From assembly GCA_963711835.1 (NCBI GenBank), contig CAVQFQ010000017.1:160001-224000 (forward strand): 64,000 nucleotides of DNA, in the 5' to 3' direction. Source of the DNA: an uncultured delta proteobacterium. GTDB lineage: Bacteria > Desulfobacterota > RBG-13-43-22. The notes below the pieces were generated by a model that was not told the origin of the DNA, did no database searches, and saw only the letters and a program-made list of their open reading frames with translations. Below, piece after piece: positions 18,954 through 29,016 of this stretch. A program made the position numbers and the translations under genes. How positions within the stretch are numbered: the first letter of the stretch is position 1; every line of letters starts with the position of its first letter.

Positions 18954-20690
18954 ATGAGAAAAATTGCGATACTATCACATTCTATCTTCTGCTATTGATT
19001 TCAATATTACCGAAAATTGTTTTAGGAGCTGTGGCGGGAAAGCCCTCCGGACCTTCCGATATCCTGATCGTCTCCGGGACCATCGCCAATGCCCAGGGGA
19101 AAGGGGTCAAGGAGGTGGGGGTTCATTTCTTTCTCAATGGTCAAAAAATTGAGTTAAAGGATGAGATTGCCACCTCTAGGGAGGGAAATTATAAAGTGGA
19201 AATCGCCTTGCCTACCGGAAGCCTGCCGGGCGCAAAGGTAGAAATGCAGGCCGATAAGCCTTCTTATCAGGAGTCTCAACAGATTGCCTTAGCCTCCATT
19301 GTGAAAGAGAAAACGGATGCCCAGGGAAATACCTATTATCTGGCTCATCAAAATGTGACCATAAAAAGGGCCGTTTCCCCGGCCTTTTGGATCGCCACCC
19401 TGGTGCTGATCCTGGTTTATGCCCTGATTGCCTTCGAGGTCATGCACCGGACCCTGGCCGCCCTGCTGGGAGCGGCCCTGCTCATGTTCATCACCTATAC
19501 GGTAGGGACGTTTAACTCCGATTACACCATCCTGAAATTTGAAGACGCCATGCACGCCATGGACATGAACGTCATCTTTTTGCTGATGGCCATGATGATC
19601 ATCGTCGGGGTCATGAAAAAGACCGGGGTCTTCCAGTGGCTGGCCTACAAGTCCTTCCAGGTGGCCCGGGGCAATGTTTTCGCCCTGGCGGCTGTGCTGA
19701 TGTTCGTCACCGCCTTCGTTTCGGCCTTCCTGGACAACGTGACCACCATGCTGCTGATCATCCCGGTGACCATTGAGATCGCCGTGACCTTAAAAATCAA
19801 CCCTGTCCACCTACTGTTGCCCGAGGCCTTCGCCTCCAACGTGGGAGGCACAGCCACCCTGATCGGGGACCCGCCCAACATCATGATCGGCTCCTATGCC
19901 AAGCTCAGTTTCGTGGATTTCGTCCAGAACCTGACCATCATCTGTCTGATCTGCCTGGTGGTCATTATTATCTATTTCCTCTACTGGTACAAGAAGGGGT
20001 ATCTAAAGGCCGAAGTCGGAGATATTCCCAAAATGATTAATCACTTGCGGCAGGAATACAAGATCACCAACGGCAGACTCCTTGTCTACTGCGCTATCAT
20101 GCTGGCGGTTACTATTTTTCTGTTTATCATCCACGGGGCCCTGCACATGGAACCCAGCGTCGCTGCCCTGATCGGGGCCGCCCTTCTGCTGGTTATCACC
20201 CGGGTGGATATCGTCGAGATGCTGGAACACGAGATCGAGTGGCCGACCCTGATCTTTTTCATGATGCTCTTCATCGTGGTGGCCGGGGCCGAAGAGACGG
20301 GGCTGATCCAGATCATCGCCGATTGGGTCAAGGACGTCTCCGGCGGTTCCCTGGTGGTCGGCCATCCTGATGATCCTCTGGGTCTCGGCCCTGGCTTCGG
20401 CAATTATTGATAACATACCTTTCACGGCCACCATGCTGCCCATCGTGGCCTATTTGACCCAGGTCATTCCCGGGGCCCAGAGCGGGGTGCTCTGGTGGGC
20501 CTTGTCTTTGGGGGCCTGTCTGGGCGGTAACGGGACCATGATCGGGGCCAGCGCTAACGTAGTCACCGTGGGCATGGCCGAACGGGCCGGCTATCCTATT
20601 TCCTTCATGTATTATCTGAAGGCCGCCTTTATCCCGATGATCATCACGATCATCTTGTGTTCATTCTGGTTGCTGCTGGTGGAAATGTAG
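18954..20690 (+). CDS. ArsB/NhaD-like (IT superfamily) anion permease with N-terminal soluble domain, two apparent single-base indels
   Basis: SAFLDNVTT, ASNVGGTATLIGDPPNIMI, SAIIDNIPF, GACLGGNGT. AGGAG RBS and ATG at 18954 are out of frame with the body (shift ~18972). An extra G at ~20360 splits off the C-terminus. Confidence 0.8.
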
Positions 20691-20695
20691 AAAAG

Positions 20696-20782
20696 AAGGG
20701 TTCAGGAGTTCAGGGGTTCGAGGGTCAAAAGATTTTTGTCCTTGCATTCTTTCACTTGAATCCCTGGCCCCTTGAATCCTTA
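20696..20782. repeat. 8-bp-period hairpin repeat, same family as 10083-10165
   Basis: AAGGGTTC-AGGAGTTC-AGGGGTTC-GAGGGTC faces CTTGAATC-CCTGGCCC-CTTGAATC. Confidence 0.7.
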
Positions 20783-20809
20783 AATTTAAAAACACTTCAA
20801 GGAGTGACT

Positions 20810-21250
20810 ATGGCCTATAAAAGTATCGTCTGCGGAGTGACCGGATCCGAGTCTTCTCAAAAAGCGGCCTTGGAAGCGGCCCGACTGGCCAAAGAAAATC
20901 AGGCCGCCCTGACCTATGTCTATGCGGTGGATGTCAAGTTCCTGAAAGGCTTAACTATTCAGCTCACTTCGGATTTCGCGGAAAAGACCCTGGAGCACCT
21001 GGGCGGCCACATCCTGGAAAGGGCCGAAGAATCGGCGGCCGCCCAGGGGGTGACGCCCCGAAAAGTTATCCGGTCCGGCGCCGTCCTGGAAGTCTTAAAG
21101 CAGGTCATCCAGGAGGAAAAAGCCGATCTGCTGATGCTGGGGCATGAAGACCGTTCCTTTTTTGAAAAAATCCTTTTCGGGGGAGAGGTGGAAGACCACG
21201 TGCAGGAGTTGATCAAACAGACCGGGGTTTCCGTCCAGGTAGTCAAATAA
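20810..21250 (+). CDS. Universal stress protein (USP 1)
   Basis: YKSIVCGVTGSESSQKA, ADLLMLG. AAGGAG RBS. Confidence 0.85.
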   Translation: MAYKSIVCGVTGSESSQKAALEAARLAKENQAALTYVYAVDVKFLKGLTIQLTSDFAEKTLEHLGGHILERAEESAAAQGVTPRKVIRSGAVLEVLKQVIQEEKADLLMLGHEDRSFFEKILFGGEVEDHVQELIKQTGVSVQVVK

Positions 21251-21520
21251 TCCTCCTTATCAATTCGGTGCCCCGCCGGTCTTGGAAGAGAAACCGCGAT
21301 GCGATCGGGTTTCAGATTTCTTCTCTCTTCTTACTCTTTTTCCTCCAATGTGTTATTATCCTAAATTAACGGTCTTGAAACCACTGAACAAGCCTCTTCC
21401 CCTCTATGCGCCTGCCTGTGCCGGCACGGCAGATAGGGGGAAGGGGGTACGAGTTCAGAGATATCGTCCCTGGATTTCAAATCGGGTCTTGAAAAAAGCG
21501 GGGATCTGAAAGGGTTTTGG

Positions 21521-23770
21521 ATGGTTATCCCTTCTAAAAAATTTATTCTGGGGATCGGCTTCTTCACCGTGGTTCTCCTTTTGGCCGGGGTGGTGGTGGG
21601 ATTCTATTCCCTGAAATATATGAAGGAAATCGTCAGTGACCAGTTTAATCAGCAGCAGCTCGAACTGGCCCAGCATGCGGCCCGCCAACTGGAAAACCAG
21701 TTTTTAAACCTCACCCAGGATCTGGCCACCTTGAACCAGTCCCCTTCGGTCCAATATCTGGAGAAATACTCCTGGGCCAACCGGATTGAAATAACCCTCT
21801 CCACCATGCGGGATACCGGGGTCCTGGAAATCGGCCGGGTGGATGAAGATGGGAAAAAACGATTCGCGGTAACGAACAAAGACGAGGTTCGAGTCACCCG
21901 GGAAGATTTTTCTCAAACCGAAATTTTTAAGTGGGCCCGAGACCTAAAAAACAGAAATCAGATATTTTTCCGACCGGCTAACGAGGGAGAAGAATTCCCC
22001 CAAAGACAGATCGCCAAAGTGTTTATGCCCACCTACCTGGAATCGGCGGATGACGCCCATCCCGTTCCCAGTCACCAGTTTGCCGGGTACATCTACCTGC
22101 TCCTGGATCGACACTACCTGGTCACCCGGATGATTAAGGACATTCGCTCCGGGAAAACCGGATATGCCTGGGCCATTGACAACCGGGGGAATTTCATTAC
22201 CCATCCCGTGGAAGAGTTCATAGGGAAAAACGCCTTTGAGATCAGGGAAAAGCGGGGGCCTAAAATATCCTTTGATCAGATCAACCGTATCCAAAAGGAA
22301 AAGATGCTCCAGGGGGAGTCCGGTACCTCCTGGTATGTTTCCGGATGGCATCGCGGGGTCCAGGGCAACATCAAAAAACTGATCGCCTACGCCCCGGTTC
22401 GGCTCATGGGACCGACCCAGCCCCCCAACTGGGCCGTGGCCGTAGTCGCCCCGACCACCGAAGTGGATGAAGTCTTCCATACCCCCTATGTCTGGCAGTT
22501 CGTCATGCAGGGCATCATCATTTTCGCCATCTTGTTGGGGGGGCTGGTGATCCTGGGTCTGGAATGGCGCTATACCCGCACCTTGGAGGAAGAGATCAAA
22601 GCCAAGACCGCCGATCTCATTCGTTCCGAAAAGCGGTATAAGGGACTGGTCGAAAGCGCTCAAGACCTTATTTTTTCCGTGGATCGCTCGGGGCATTTTT
22701 TGTCTCTCAACCGCTACGGGGTTTATTTTTTAAGCGGTCACCTCCTGGATGGGGAAAACCGGGCAGGCGGACCGAACGCCCACTACGCGGAAACGGCCGA
22801 GAATTTTTTAGGAAAATCCATCTTCGACTATTTCGGGTCCAAGAGCGCCTTCAATCCCAATCTGATCGATGCGGTCTGGAATACGGGCCGGCCCCGGATT
22901 TTTGAACAGACCATACGGATTGATTCCCAGGAATGTTGGCTGAGCACCCAACTGATCGCCCTTAAAGATGAAGAAGGCCAGGTCCTGGGCATTCTGGGAA
23001 TTTCCCGGGATATTACCGAAAAGAAAAAAATCGAGCAGCAAATGATTAACACCGAGAAGCTGGCGTCGCTGGGGCTGATGTCCGCCGGGGTGGCCCATGA
23101 GATCAATAATCCTCTCGGGGTCATTCTGGGTTACTGCGACTACATGCTGGAGAAACTGCCTCCGGAAGATAAATTTCACCAGATCCTGAAAAAAATCGAG
23201 CGGCAGGGGGAACACTGTAAAAAGATCGTGGAAAACCTGCTCAGTTTTTCCCGCTATTCGGATCACACCGAGGATGTGAGCGATGTCAACGCCAACCTGG
23301 AGACGGTCCTGAACGTGGTCCAGAATAACCTGCTGATCAAGAAGGTTCAACTGATCAAGGATCTGGAACCCGGCCTGCCCAAGGTCAAGATCGATCCCAT
23401 TCAACTGCAGCAGGTTATCCTGAATTTGATCAACAATGCCGTGGCCGCCATGCCTCAGGGCGGAATCCTCACCGTAGCCACCGAGTGCACCGGCGGGTTG
23501 GAACGGGTGAAAATCCTGGTCCTCGACACCGGGACCGGCATTCGGGAGGAGCATCGCCAACGGATCTTCGATCCTTTTTTTACCACTAAAAAGGTGGGCG
23601 AGGGGACCGGATTAGGGCTGACGGTGAGTTACGGAATCATTACCCATTACCAGGGAACCATCACCATGGAAACCAAAACCGAGGATGAAGACCCGCAGCA
23701 CCACGGTACCCGATTTACGGTCACTCTTCCGGTTTACCATTCCAAGAGGGGTGTCCCGGAAAAAGGCTGA
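21521..23770 (+). CDS. Membrane sensor histidine kinase (Cache-PAS-HisKA-HATPase), HK1
   Basis: Two TMs, Cache motif GKTGYAWAID, PAS/PAC, H-box [29 protein letters not shown]. Confidence 0.92.
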   Translation: MVIPSKKFILGIGFFTVVLLLAGVVVGFYSLKYMKEIVSDQFNQQQLELAQHAARQLENQFLNLTQDLATLNQSPSVQYLEKYSWANRIEITLSTMRDTGVLEIGRVDEDGKKRFAVTNKDEVRVTREDFSQTEIFKWARDLKNRNQIFFRPANEGEEFPQRQIAKVFMPTYLESADDAHPVPSHQFAGYIYLLLDRHYLVTRMIKDIRSGKTGYAWAIDNRGNFITHPVEEFIGKNAFEIREKRGPKISFDQINRIQKEKMLQGESGTSWYVSGWHRGVQGNIKKLIAYAPVRLMGPTQPPNWAVAVVAPTTEVDEVFHTPYVWQFVMQGIIIFAILLGGLVILGLEWRYTRTLEEEIKAKTADLIRSEKRYKGLVESAQDLIFSVDRSGHFLSLNRYGVYFLSGHLLDGENRAGGPNAHYAETAENFLGKSIFDYFGSKSAFNPNLIDAVWNTGRPRIFEQTIRIDSQECWLSTQLIALKDEEGQVLGILGISRDITEKKKIEQQMINTEKLASLGLMSAGVAHEINNPLGVILGYCDYMLEKLPPEDKFHQILKKIERQGEHCKKIVENLLSFSRYSDHTEDVSDVNANLETVLNVVQNNLLIKKVQLIKDLEPGLPKVKIDPIQLQQVILNLINNAVAAMPQGGILTVATECTGGLERVKILVLDTGTGIREEHRQRIFDPFFTTKKVGEGTGLGLTVSYGIITHYQGTITMETKTEDEDPQHHGTRFTVTLPVYHSKRGVPEKG

Positions 23771-23775
23771 GATTC

Positions 23776-24207
23776 ATGGCGGAGAATATTCTTATTGTAG
23801 ATGATGAGTTGGACATGCTGGAGTTGTTGGAATTGATTATCACCGACCGGACCGATTATCGGGTGATAACCACCTCCGAACCCCAAAAGGCCACCCAACT
23901 ACTGAGAGAACAGCCTATTGATCTGGTCATCACCGACCTGCGGATGCCTGAAATGGACGGCCTGGAATTGATCGACAAGATCAAACAATGGGATGATCAA
24001 ATCCCTTTCATCATCATTACCGCTTATGGAACGATGGAATCGGCCATGGAGGCCCTGCGCCAGGGCGCCCTGGATTATATTACCAAACCCTTTCGCCGGG
24101 AACAGATACTCCTGACCGTTGAAAAGGCCATGAAATGGCGCCGTCTTCTAAAAGAAAACCAGGCCCTCAAAGCCGAGCTGGAGGCCCTCAAGAAGACCCA
24201 TGCGTAA
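23776..24207 (+). CDS. Stand-alone response regulator receiver
   Basis: IVDDE, DLRMP, TAYG and KPF intact. Only a coiled-coil tail follows. Confidence 0.9.
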   Translation: MAENILIVDDELDMLELLELIITDRTDYRVITTSEPQKATQLLREQPIDLVITDLRMPEMDGLELIDKIKQWDDQIPFIIITAYGTMESAMEALRQGALDYITKPFRREQILLTVEKAMKWRRLLKENQALKAELEALKKTHA

Positions 24208-26761
24208 CTTTCTGGATATTTTTAAGAAAAAAGAAGCGCCCCTTGAAGGCGGGGCGACTCCGTCGGTTCAACTCCGCCAGAAGTTCGGGGCCTTTAAAAA
24301 TTTATTAGCCGAAAATCAGAAGATCCTGGAAATTATTACCGACCTGGAAGAAAAATATGCCGGGGAGTATCTCTTCGACCGGCAGTACCTGCGGGCCCGG
24401 GTTAAGGAATTAAGCGAGCGGGTTTATAGCCTGATCCGGGAATTAAATGAACTTTCCGAGTCCCCTTATACCCAACTCTACCCGGTTTATGAGCAGATTC
24501 ATCAGACTTTAAGTGATCTTCTGGCCCAAAGGCGGGCCATTCCGGCCGACCCTTTTGTCCTTCCCTTAAAGGACATCAGTCTCGAAAAAGAGGGGAGCGT
24601 AGGAGGGAAGATGGCCAACCTGGGGGAAATCGCCAACCGTCTGAACCTCCCCGTGCCTCCAGGGTTTGCCATCACCGCCCAGGCCTATAAAACCTTTATC
24701 CTCCACAACCAACTCCAGGAAGCCCTATCCAGCCGTTTGGACCGGCTGGATATCAATCAGTTAGGGGATCTGGTTATCGTCAGCCGTGAAATACAACAAC
24801 TGGTTCTGGAAAAAGAAGTCCCCTCCCAGCTCCTGGAGGCCTTTAAAAAAGGATACGAGGATTGGATTCGGGAGCCGGGCCGGGAAGTCCCGGTGGCGAT
24901 CCGGAGCAGCGCCTTGGGGGAAGACGGCCGCTTGTCCTTTGCCGGTCAATACAGCACGGCTCTAAACGTTTCCCCCGATCAGATCGCCTTGAAATACAAG
25001 GAGATCATCGCCAGCAAGTTTACTCCCCGGGCCATTTTTTATTTTTTGGGCAAGGGCTTCCGCGAAGAGGATATCGCCATGGGGGTTGGTTGTCTGGCCA
25101 TGATCCGGGCCAGGGCGGGAGGAGTATTATATACCGTCGATCCCTTGCAGCCCCATAAGAAGGAGGCGGTTATTCATGCGGCTTGGGGATTGGGCAAAGC
25201 CGTGGTGGATGGGTCGGTCACGCCCGATGTCTATCTGATCTCCAAGGAAGGGGATTTTGCCCTCCGGGAGTCGCGGATCGCCTATAAAGAGAAGATGTTT
25301 GTCATGGGGGACCAGGATGCTATCCGGGAAGTACCGGTGGCCCCGGAAAAAAGAGAGATAGCCTGCCTCTCGGAGACCGTTCTTCGGGATCTGGTCCGGA
25401 TTGCTCTGGCGGTTGAAAACCATTATCACCATCCTCAGGATGTGGAATGGGCCCTGGATGAACAAAACCGGCTTTATATCCTGCAGTCCAGGCCGCTGAA
25501 GGTTTTTGACCGCCGTTATGCCCAGGATCGGGTGGAGGAAACGGTGGATCCGGACCTCCACCCGGTGCTTTTAAATACCGGCGTGATGGGGGCCCCGGGT
25601 GTAGGGGCCGGACCTGTTTTTTTGATCCGTCAGGAGGAAGACCTGATTGATTTTCCTTTGGGCGCTGTCCTGGCGGCCCGGATGCCTTCTCCGAAATTTG
25701 TGACCGTCATGAACCGGGCCCGGGGGATTGTGACCGACCTGGGCGGTGCAGCCAGCCACATGGCCTCGCTGGCCCGGGAATTCCGGGTTCCAACGATTTT
25801 GAATACCCAGGAGGCCACCCGGGTGTTGAAAACCGGTCAGGTGGTGACGGTCGATGCCCATAATCGAAAGGTTTATCAGGGCCGGGTGGAAAAAATCCTC
25901 CGGCAGGAGGAAGAGAAAATAAATATTTTTGAGGAGACCTCCTTATTTGTCCTCTTTAAACAGATTTTGGACCAGGTCGTTCCCTTGAATCTGATCGATC
26001 CCACGGATCCGGGCTTTCTGCCCAAAAACTGCCGAACCTTCCATGACATTACCCGCTTTGTCCATCAGAAGGGCACGCAGGAGATGTTCTCCTTGAGTTC
26101 GGCTTCCTCGATTTCCGGAGGGAAGGCCTTAAAAATTGAAACAAGCCTGCCCTTGGAGATTTATCTGGTGGACCTGGGAAATTGTATCAGCCAACCGGCC
26201 GGAGGTTCCAAGGTCAAGGTGGAAGCCATCCATTCCTGGCCCTTGCAAGCCCTTTGGAAGGGGATCGCTTCCATGAAATGGCCCGGCCCCAAGCCGCTGG
26301 ATGTCAAGGGCTTTGCTTCCGTGGTGGCCCAGACCGCCACCGCCGGGGGTGAGGCGGAAAAAATTTATTCCGATAAGAGCTTTGTCCTGGTTTCGGAAGA
26401 CTATATGAACTTCAATGTCCGTTTGGGCTACCATCTTTCCACGATCGAGGCCTTTGGAGATTCCGGCGAGACTGAAAATTATATCAAGTTTATTTTTAAA
26501 GGGGGCGGGGCTACGGTGGACCGCCGGGACCGCCGGGCCCGCTTGATTGCCACCATCCTGGAGAAATTAGGCTTTCAGGTCAACCGGAAAACGGACTTGG
26601 TGGATGCCGGCCTGTTTCATTATACCCGGGAAGCCATGGAAGGCATCCTGACCAACCTGGGGAAACTGACCCTTTATACCAAGCAACTGGATATGGTTAT
26701 GTATAACGAGGCCATCGTGGACTGGTCCATTGAAGAATTTTTTAAGGAACATTTATCTTAG
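24200..26761 (+). CDS. PEP-synthase-like protein 1 (ATP-grasp + phospho-His domain + non-canonical C-terminal domain)
   Basis: GGKMANLGE, PGFAIT, RSSALGED, SFAGQY, QDVEWA, LQSRP, ASHMASLARE (His520). No PEP/pyruvate barrel motifs. Confidence 0.85.
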   Translation: MRNFLDIFKKKEAPLEGGATPSVQLRQKFGAFKNLLAENQKILEIITDLEEKYAGEYLFDRQYLRARVKELSERVYSLIRELNELSESPYTQLYPVYEQIHQTLSDLLAQRRAIPADPFVLPLKDISLEKEGSVGGKMANLGEIANRLNLPVPPGFAITAQAYKTFILHNQLQEALSSRLDRLDINQLGDLVIVSREIQQLVLEKEVPSQLLEAFKKGYEDWIREPGREVPVAIRSSALGEDGRLSFAGQYSTALNVSPDQIALKYKEIIASKFTPRAIFYFLGKGFREEDIAMGVGCLAMIRARAGGVLYTVDPLQPHKKEAVIHAAWGLGKAVVDGSVTPDVYLISKEGDFALRESRIAYKEKMFVMGDQDAIREVPVAPEKREIACLSETVLRDLVRIALAVENHYHHPQDVEWALDEQNRLYILQSRPLKVFDRRYAQDRVEETVDPDLHPVLLNTGVMGAPGVGAGPVFLIRQEEDLIDFPLGAVLAARMPSPKFVTVMNRARGIVTDLGGAASHMASLAREFRVPTILNTQEATRVLKTGQVVTVDAHNRKVYQGRVEKILRQEEEKINIFEETSLFVLFKQILDQVVPLNLIDPTDPGFLPKNCRTFHDITRFVHQKGTQEMFSLSSASSISGGKALKIETSLPLEIYLVDLGNCISQPAGGSKVKVEAIHSWPLQALWKGIASMKWPGPKPLDVKGFASVVAQTATAGGEAEKIYSDKSFVLVSEDYMNFNVRLGYHLSTIEAFGDSGETENYIKFIFKGGGATVDRRDRRARLIATILEKLGFQVNRKTDLVDAGLFHYTREAMEGILTNLGKLTLYTKQLDMVMYNEAIVDWSIEEFFKEHLS

Positions 26762-26770
26762 GAGAGAAAG

Positions 26771-27193
26771 ATGGCGGAGAAAATCCTGATTGTAGATGAT
26801 GAGCTGGACATGCTGGAGCTCCTGGAAATGATTATTAGGGATAAGACTCCCTATCAGGTGGTGACCACCAATAATCCCCTGGAAGTCTCCCCTTTGCTGA
26901 CCGACCGATCCTTTGATCTCTTAATCACCGATTTGCGTATGCCGGCCATGGGAGGCCTGGAGCTGATCCGGGAAGTGAAAATCGTCCATCCCTATTTGCC
27001 GGTGATCGTGATCACGGCCTACGGCTCTTCCGAATCGGCTGCAGAGGCGGTTGCTGCCGGGGCCTATGATTACATCACCAAGCCCTTCCGGAAAGAACAT
27101 ATCCTGATTACCATTAACCGGGCTTTGGAATGGCGGGCCATGAAAAAAGAGCTCGAATCCCTGAAAGAAGGGGGGGGCCGGTCCCGGCCCTGA
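26771..27193 (+). CDS. Stand-alone response regulator receiver
   Basis: IVDDE, DLRMP, TAYG, KPF. Confidence 0.9.
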   Translation: MAEKILIVDDELDMLELLEMIIRDKTPYQVVTTNNPLEVSPLLTDRSFDLLITDLRMPAMGGLELIREVKIVHPYLPVIVITAYGSSESAAEAVAAGAYDYITKPFRKEHILITINRALEWRAMKKELESLKEGGGRSRP

Positions 27194-27205
27194 AAGCGGA
27201 CGACC

Positions 27206-27802
27206 ATGCCTGAACGTATCCTGATTGTGGATGATGAACCGGATATGCTGGTCTTGTTACGGATGATCCTGATGGAACGGACGTCTTATGAACCCATCAC
27301 CACCCCCAATCCCCTGGAAGTGGAACAGATCCTCCGGGAAAAAAACCCGGCCTTGATTATTGCCGATTACCGCATGCCGGGACTGAACGGCTTGGAATTG
27401 CTGGACCGGGTTAAGAAACAGGCCCCCCGGCTCCCCTTTATCCTGATTACGGCTTATGGAAACGCCGAACTGGCGGCCGAGGCCCTTAAAAAAGGGGCCT
27501 TTGATTTTATCGACAAACCTTTCCGGCAGGAAAAAATCCTGAAGGCCATCGAAGGCGCCCTTACCTCGGCCGGGGCCTCAGGGGAGGTCTCCCCGAGGGA
27601 GAAAAGTTTCTGGGAAGAGGAATTTTTCCGGGTCCCTTATGCCCAGGCCCGGGAGCGCTTGCTGGCCTGGTTCCCGAAGGAGTATGCCCGCCGGATCCTG
27701 GAAAAGAATGCCGGAGACCGGAGCAAAACCGCTCAAGAAGCCGGTTGGAGCGAGGAGGAGTTGTCGAGGATCTTAGGCGACCCATCGGACCGGACGGCTT
27801 AA
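27206..27802 (+). CDS. Receiver fused directly to a Fis-type HTH-like tail (no AAA domain)
   Basis: Receiver motifs intact. C-terminus aligns by eye with the C-terminus of the 29017 activator. Confidence 0.8.
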   Translation: MPERILIVDDEPDMLVLLRMILMERTSYEPITTPNPLEVEQILREKNPALIIADYRMPGLNGLELLDRVKKQAPRLPFILITAYGNAELAAEALKKGAFDFIDKPFRQEKILKAIEGALTSAGASGEVSPREKSFWEEEFFRVPYAQARERLLAWFPKEYARRILEKNAGDRSKTAQEAGWSEEELSRILGDPSDRTA

Positions 27803-27950
27803 AAAGCCGGTAACCTTGGAAACAGCTTAAATAAAACAAGTGTACCTTTGAGGATTCACATTACCCGATCCCCGTTTCCCGCCCCTTTCCTCGATATCTT
27901 TAACCCTTCGATTTAAAAGAAAGAAATGAAAATAGCGGTTTCGGGGCCTT

Positions 27951-27966
27951 TGGCACATAATTTGAT
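27951..27966 (+). promoter_or_regulatory. Putative sigma54 promoter upstream of HK2 and the activator
   Basis: TGGCAC-ATAAT-TTGAT: canonical -24 box, GA instead of GC at -12. Confidence 0.5.
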
Positions 27967-28036
27967 AAATTAATAGAGAACGGACCTTCCCCTGAATCGC
28001 CTCAGATCCGAATCCAATGCCTTGAAAGGTGTTACC

Positions 28037-29002
28037 ATGGGCATCTCGTTTAAAATGGAAAAGATCCATTCCCTTTTCTGGAGGATCTATCTGTTGGTGG
28101 TGTTGACGGCCCCGGCTTTTTTTGCCCTGGGTTTTTTCCAGCCATACCGGCAGGATCCCTTGGGGATCTATTTGTTTGCCGGGATCTATGCTTTATTTTT
28201 ATTATTTATTTTTTTGTACCTGGAGTCGGTTTTTTCCAAAGAAAATATCGATAAAATGGCAGAGTTGAGTTCCATCGCCGATGATATCCAGGCCGAGAAG
28301 CTGGCCTCCCTGGAGACCCTGACGGCCGGCATCGCCCATGAAATCAACAATCCCCTGGGGATCATTTTGGGATTCAGCAGCCTCATGCTGGAAAAGACCG
28401 ATCCGGAAAGCCAGATCCATAAGGACCTTACCATAATCGAAAGACAGGGGCTCCAGTGCAAAAAGGTGGTGGATGATCTGATGAATTTCACCCGGGGGAA
28501 GGGCTCCAGTGAAGGGAATGTGAACCTCAATTCGGTTATCGAACATTTGCTGGCCGTCGTCGGACCCGGGCTCCGATCCCGGAAGATTTCCTGGGAGTGT
28601 CTCCTGGAACCCAAGCTGCCCCTGGGACCGGGGAATATCCAGCGCTGGCAACAGGTACTGCTCAACCTGATCAACAACGCCAAGGCCGCCATGCCCAAGG
28701 GCGGGAAGATAAAAATCTGGACCAGGTGGGAGGAGAACCTGGAAACGATCGAGCTCGGTTTCCAGGATACCGGAAGCGGCATCCCCAAGGAGGATCTGGC
28801 CCAGGTCTTTGATCCTTTTTTTTCCACCAAAAAGGGAGGCAAGGGAATAGGGTTGGGGCTGTCCATTATCTATGGTATAATAAAAACCTTTGATGGAACC
28901 ATCGCTTGCCAGAGCCGGACCGAGTCGGATGCAAAAGAGCTTCACGGCAGCACCTTCATCATGAGTGTGCCTTTAATTAAAACCGGAAGGACGCCGGATT
29001 AA
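28037..29002 (+). CDS. Short two-TM histidine kinase without an extracytoplasmic sensor, HK2
   Basis: [35 protein letters not shown]. Confidence 0.88.
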   Translation: MGISFKMEKIHSLFWRIYLLVVLTAPAFFALGFFQPYRQDPLGIYLFAGIYALFLLFIFLYLESVFSKENIDKMAELSSIADDIQAEKLASLETLTAGIAHEINNPLGIILGFSSLMLEKTDPESQIHKDLTIIERQGLQCKKVVDDLMNFTRGKGSSEGNVNLNSVIEHLLAVVGPGLRSRKISWECLLEPKLPLGPGNIQRWQQVLLNLINNAKAAMPKGGKIKIWTRWEENLETIELGFQDTGSGIPKEDLAQVFDPFFSTKKGGKGIGLGLSIIYGIIKTFDGTIACQSRTESDAKELHGSTFIMSVPLIKTGRTPD

Positions 29003-29016
29003 AAGGGGAAAGACGT

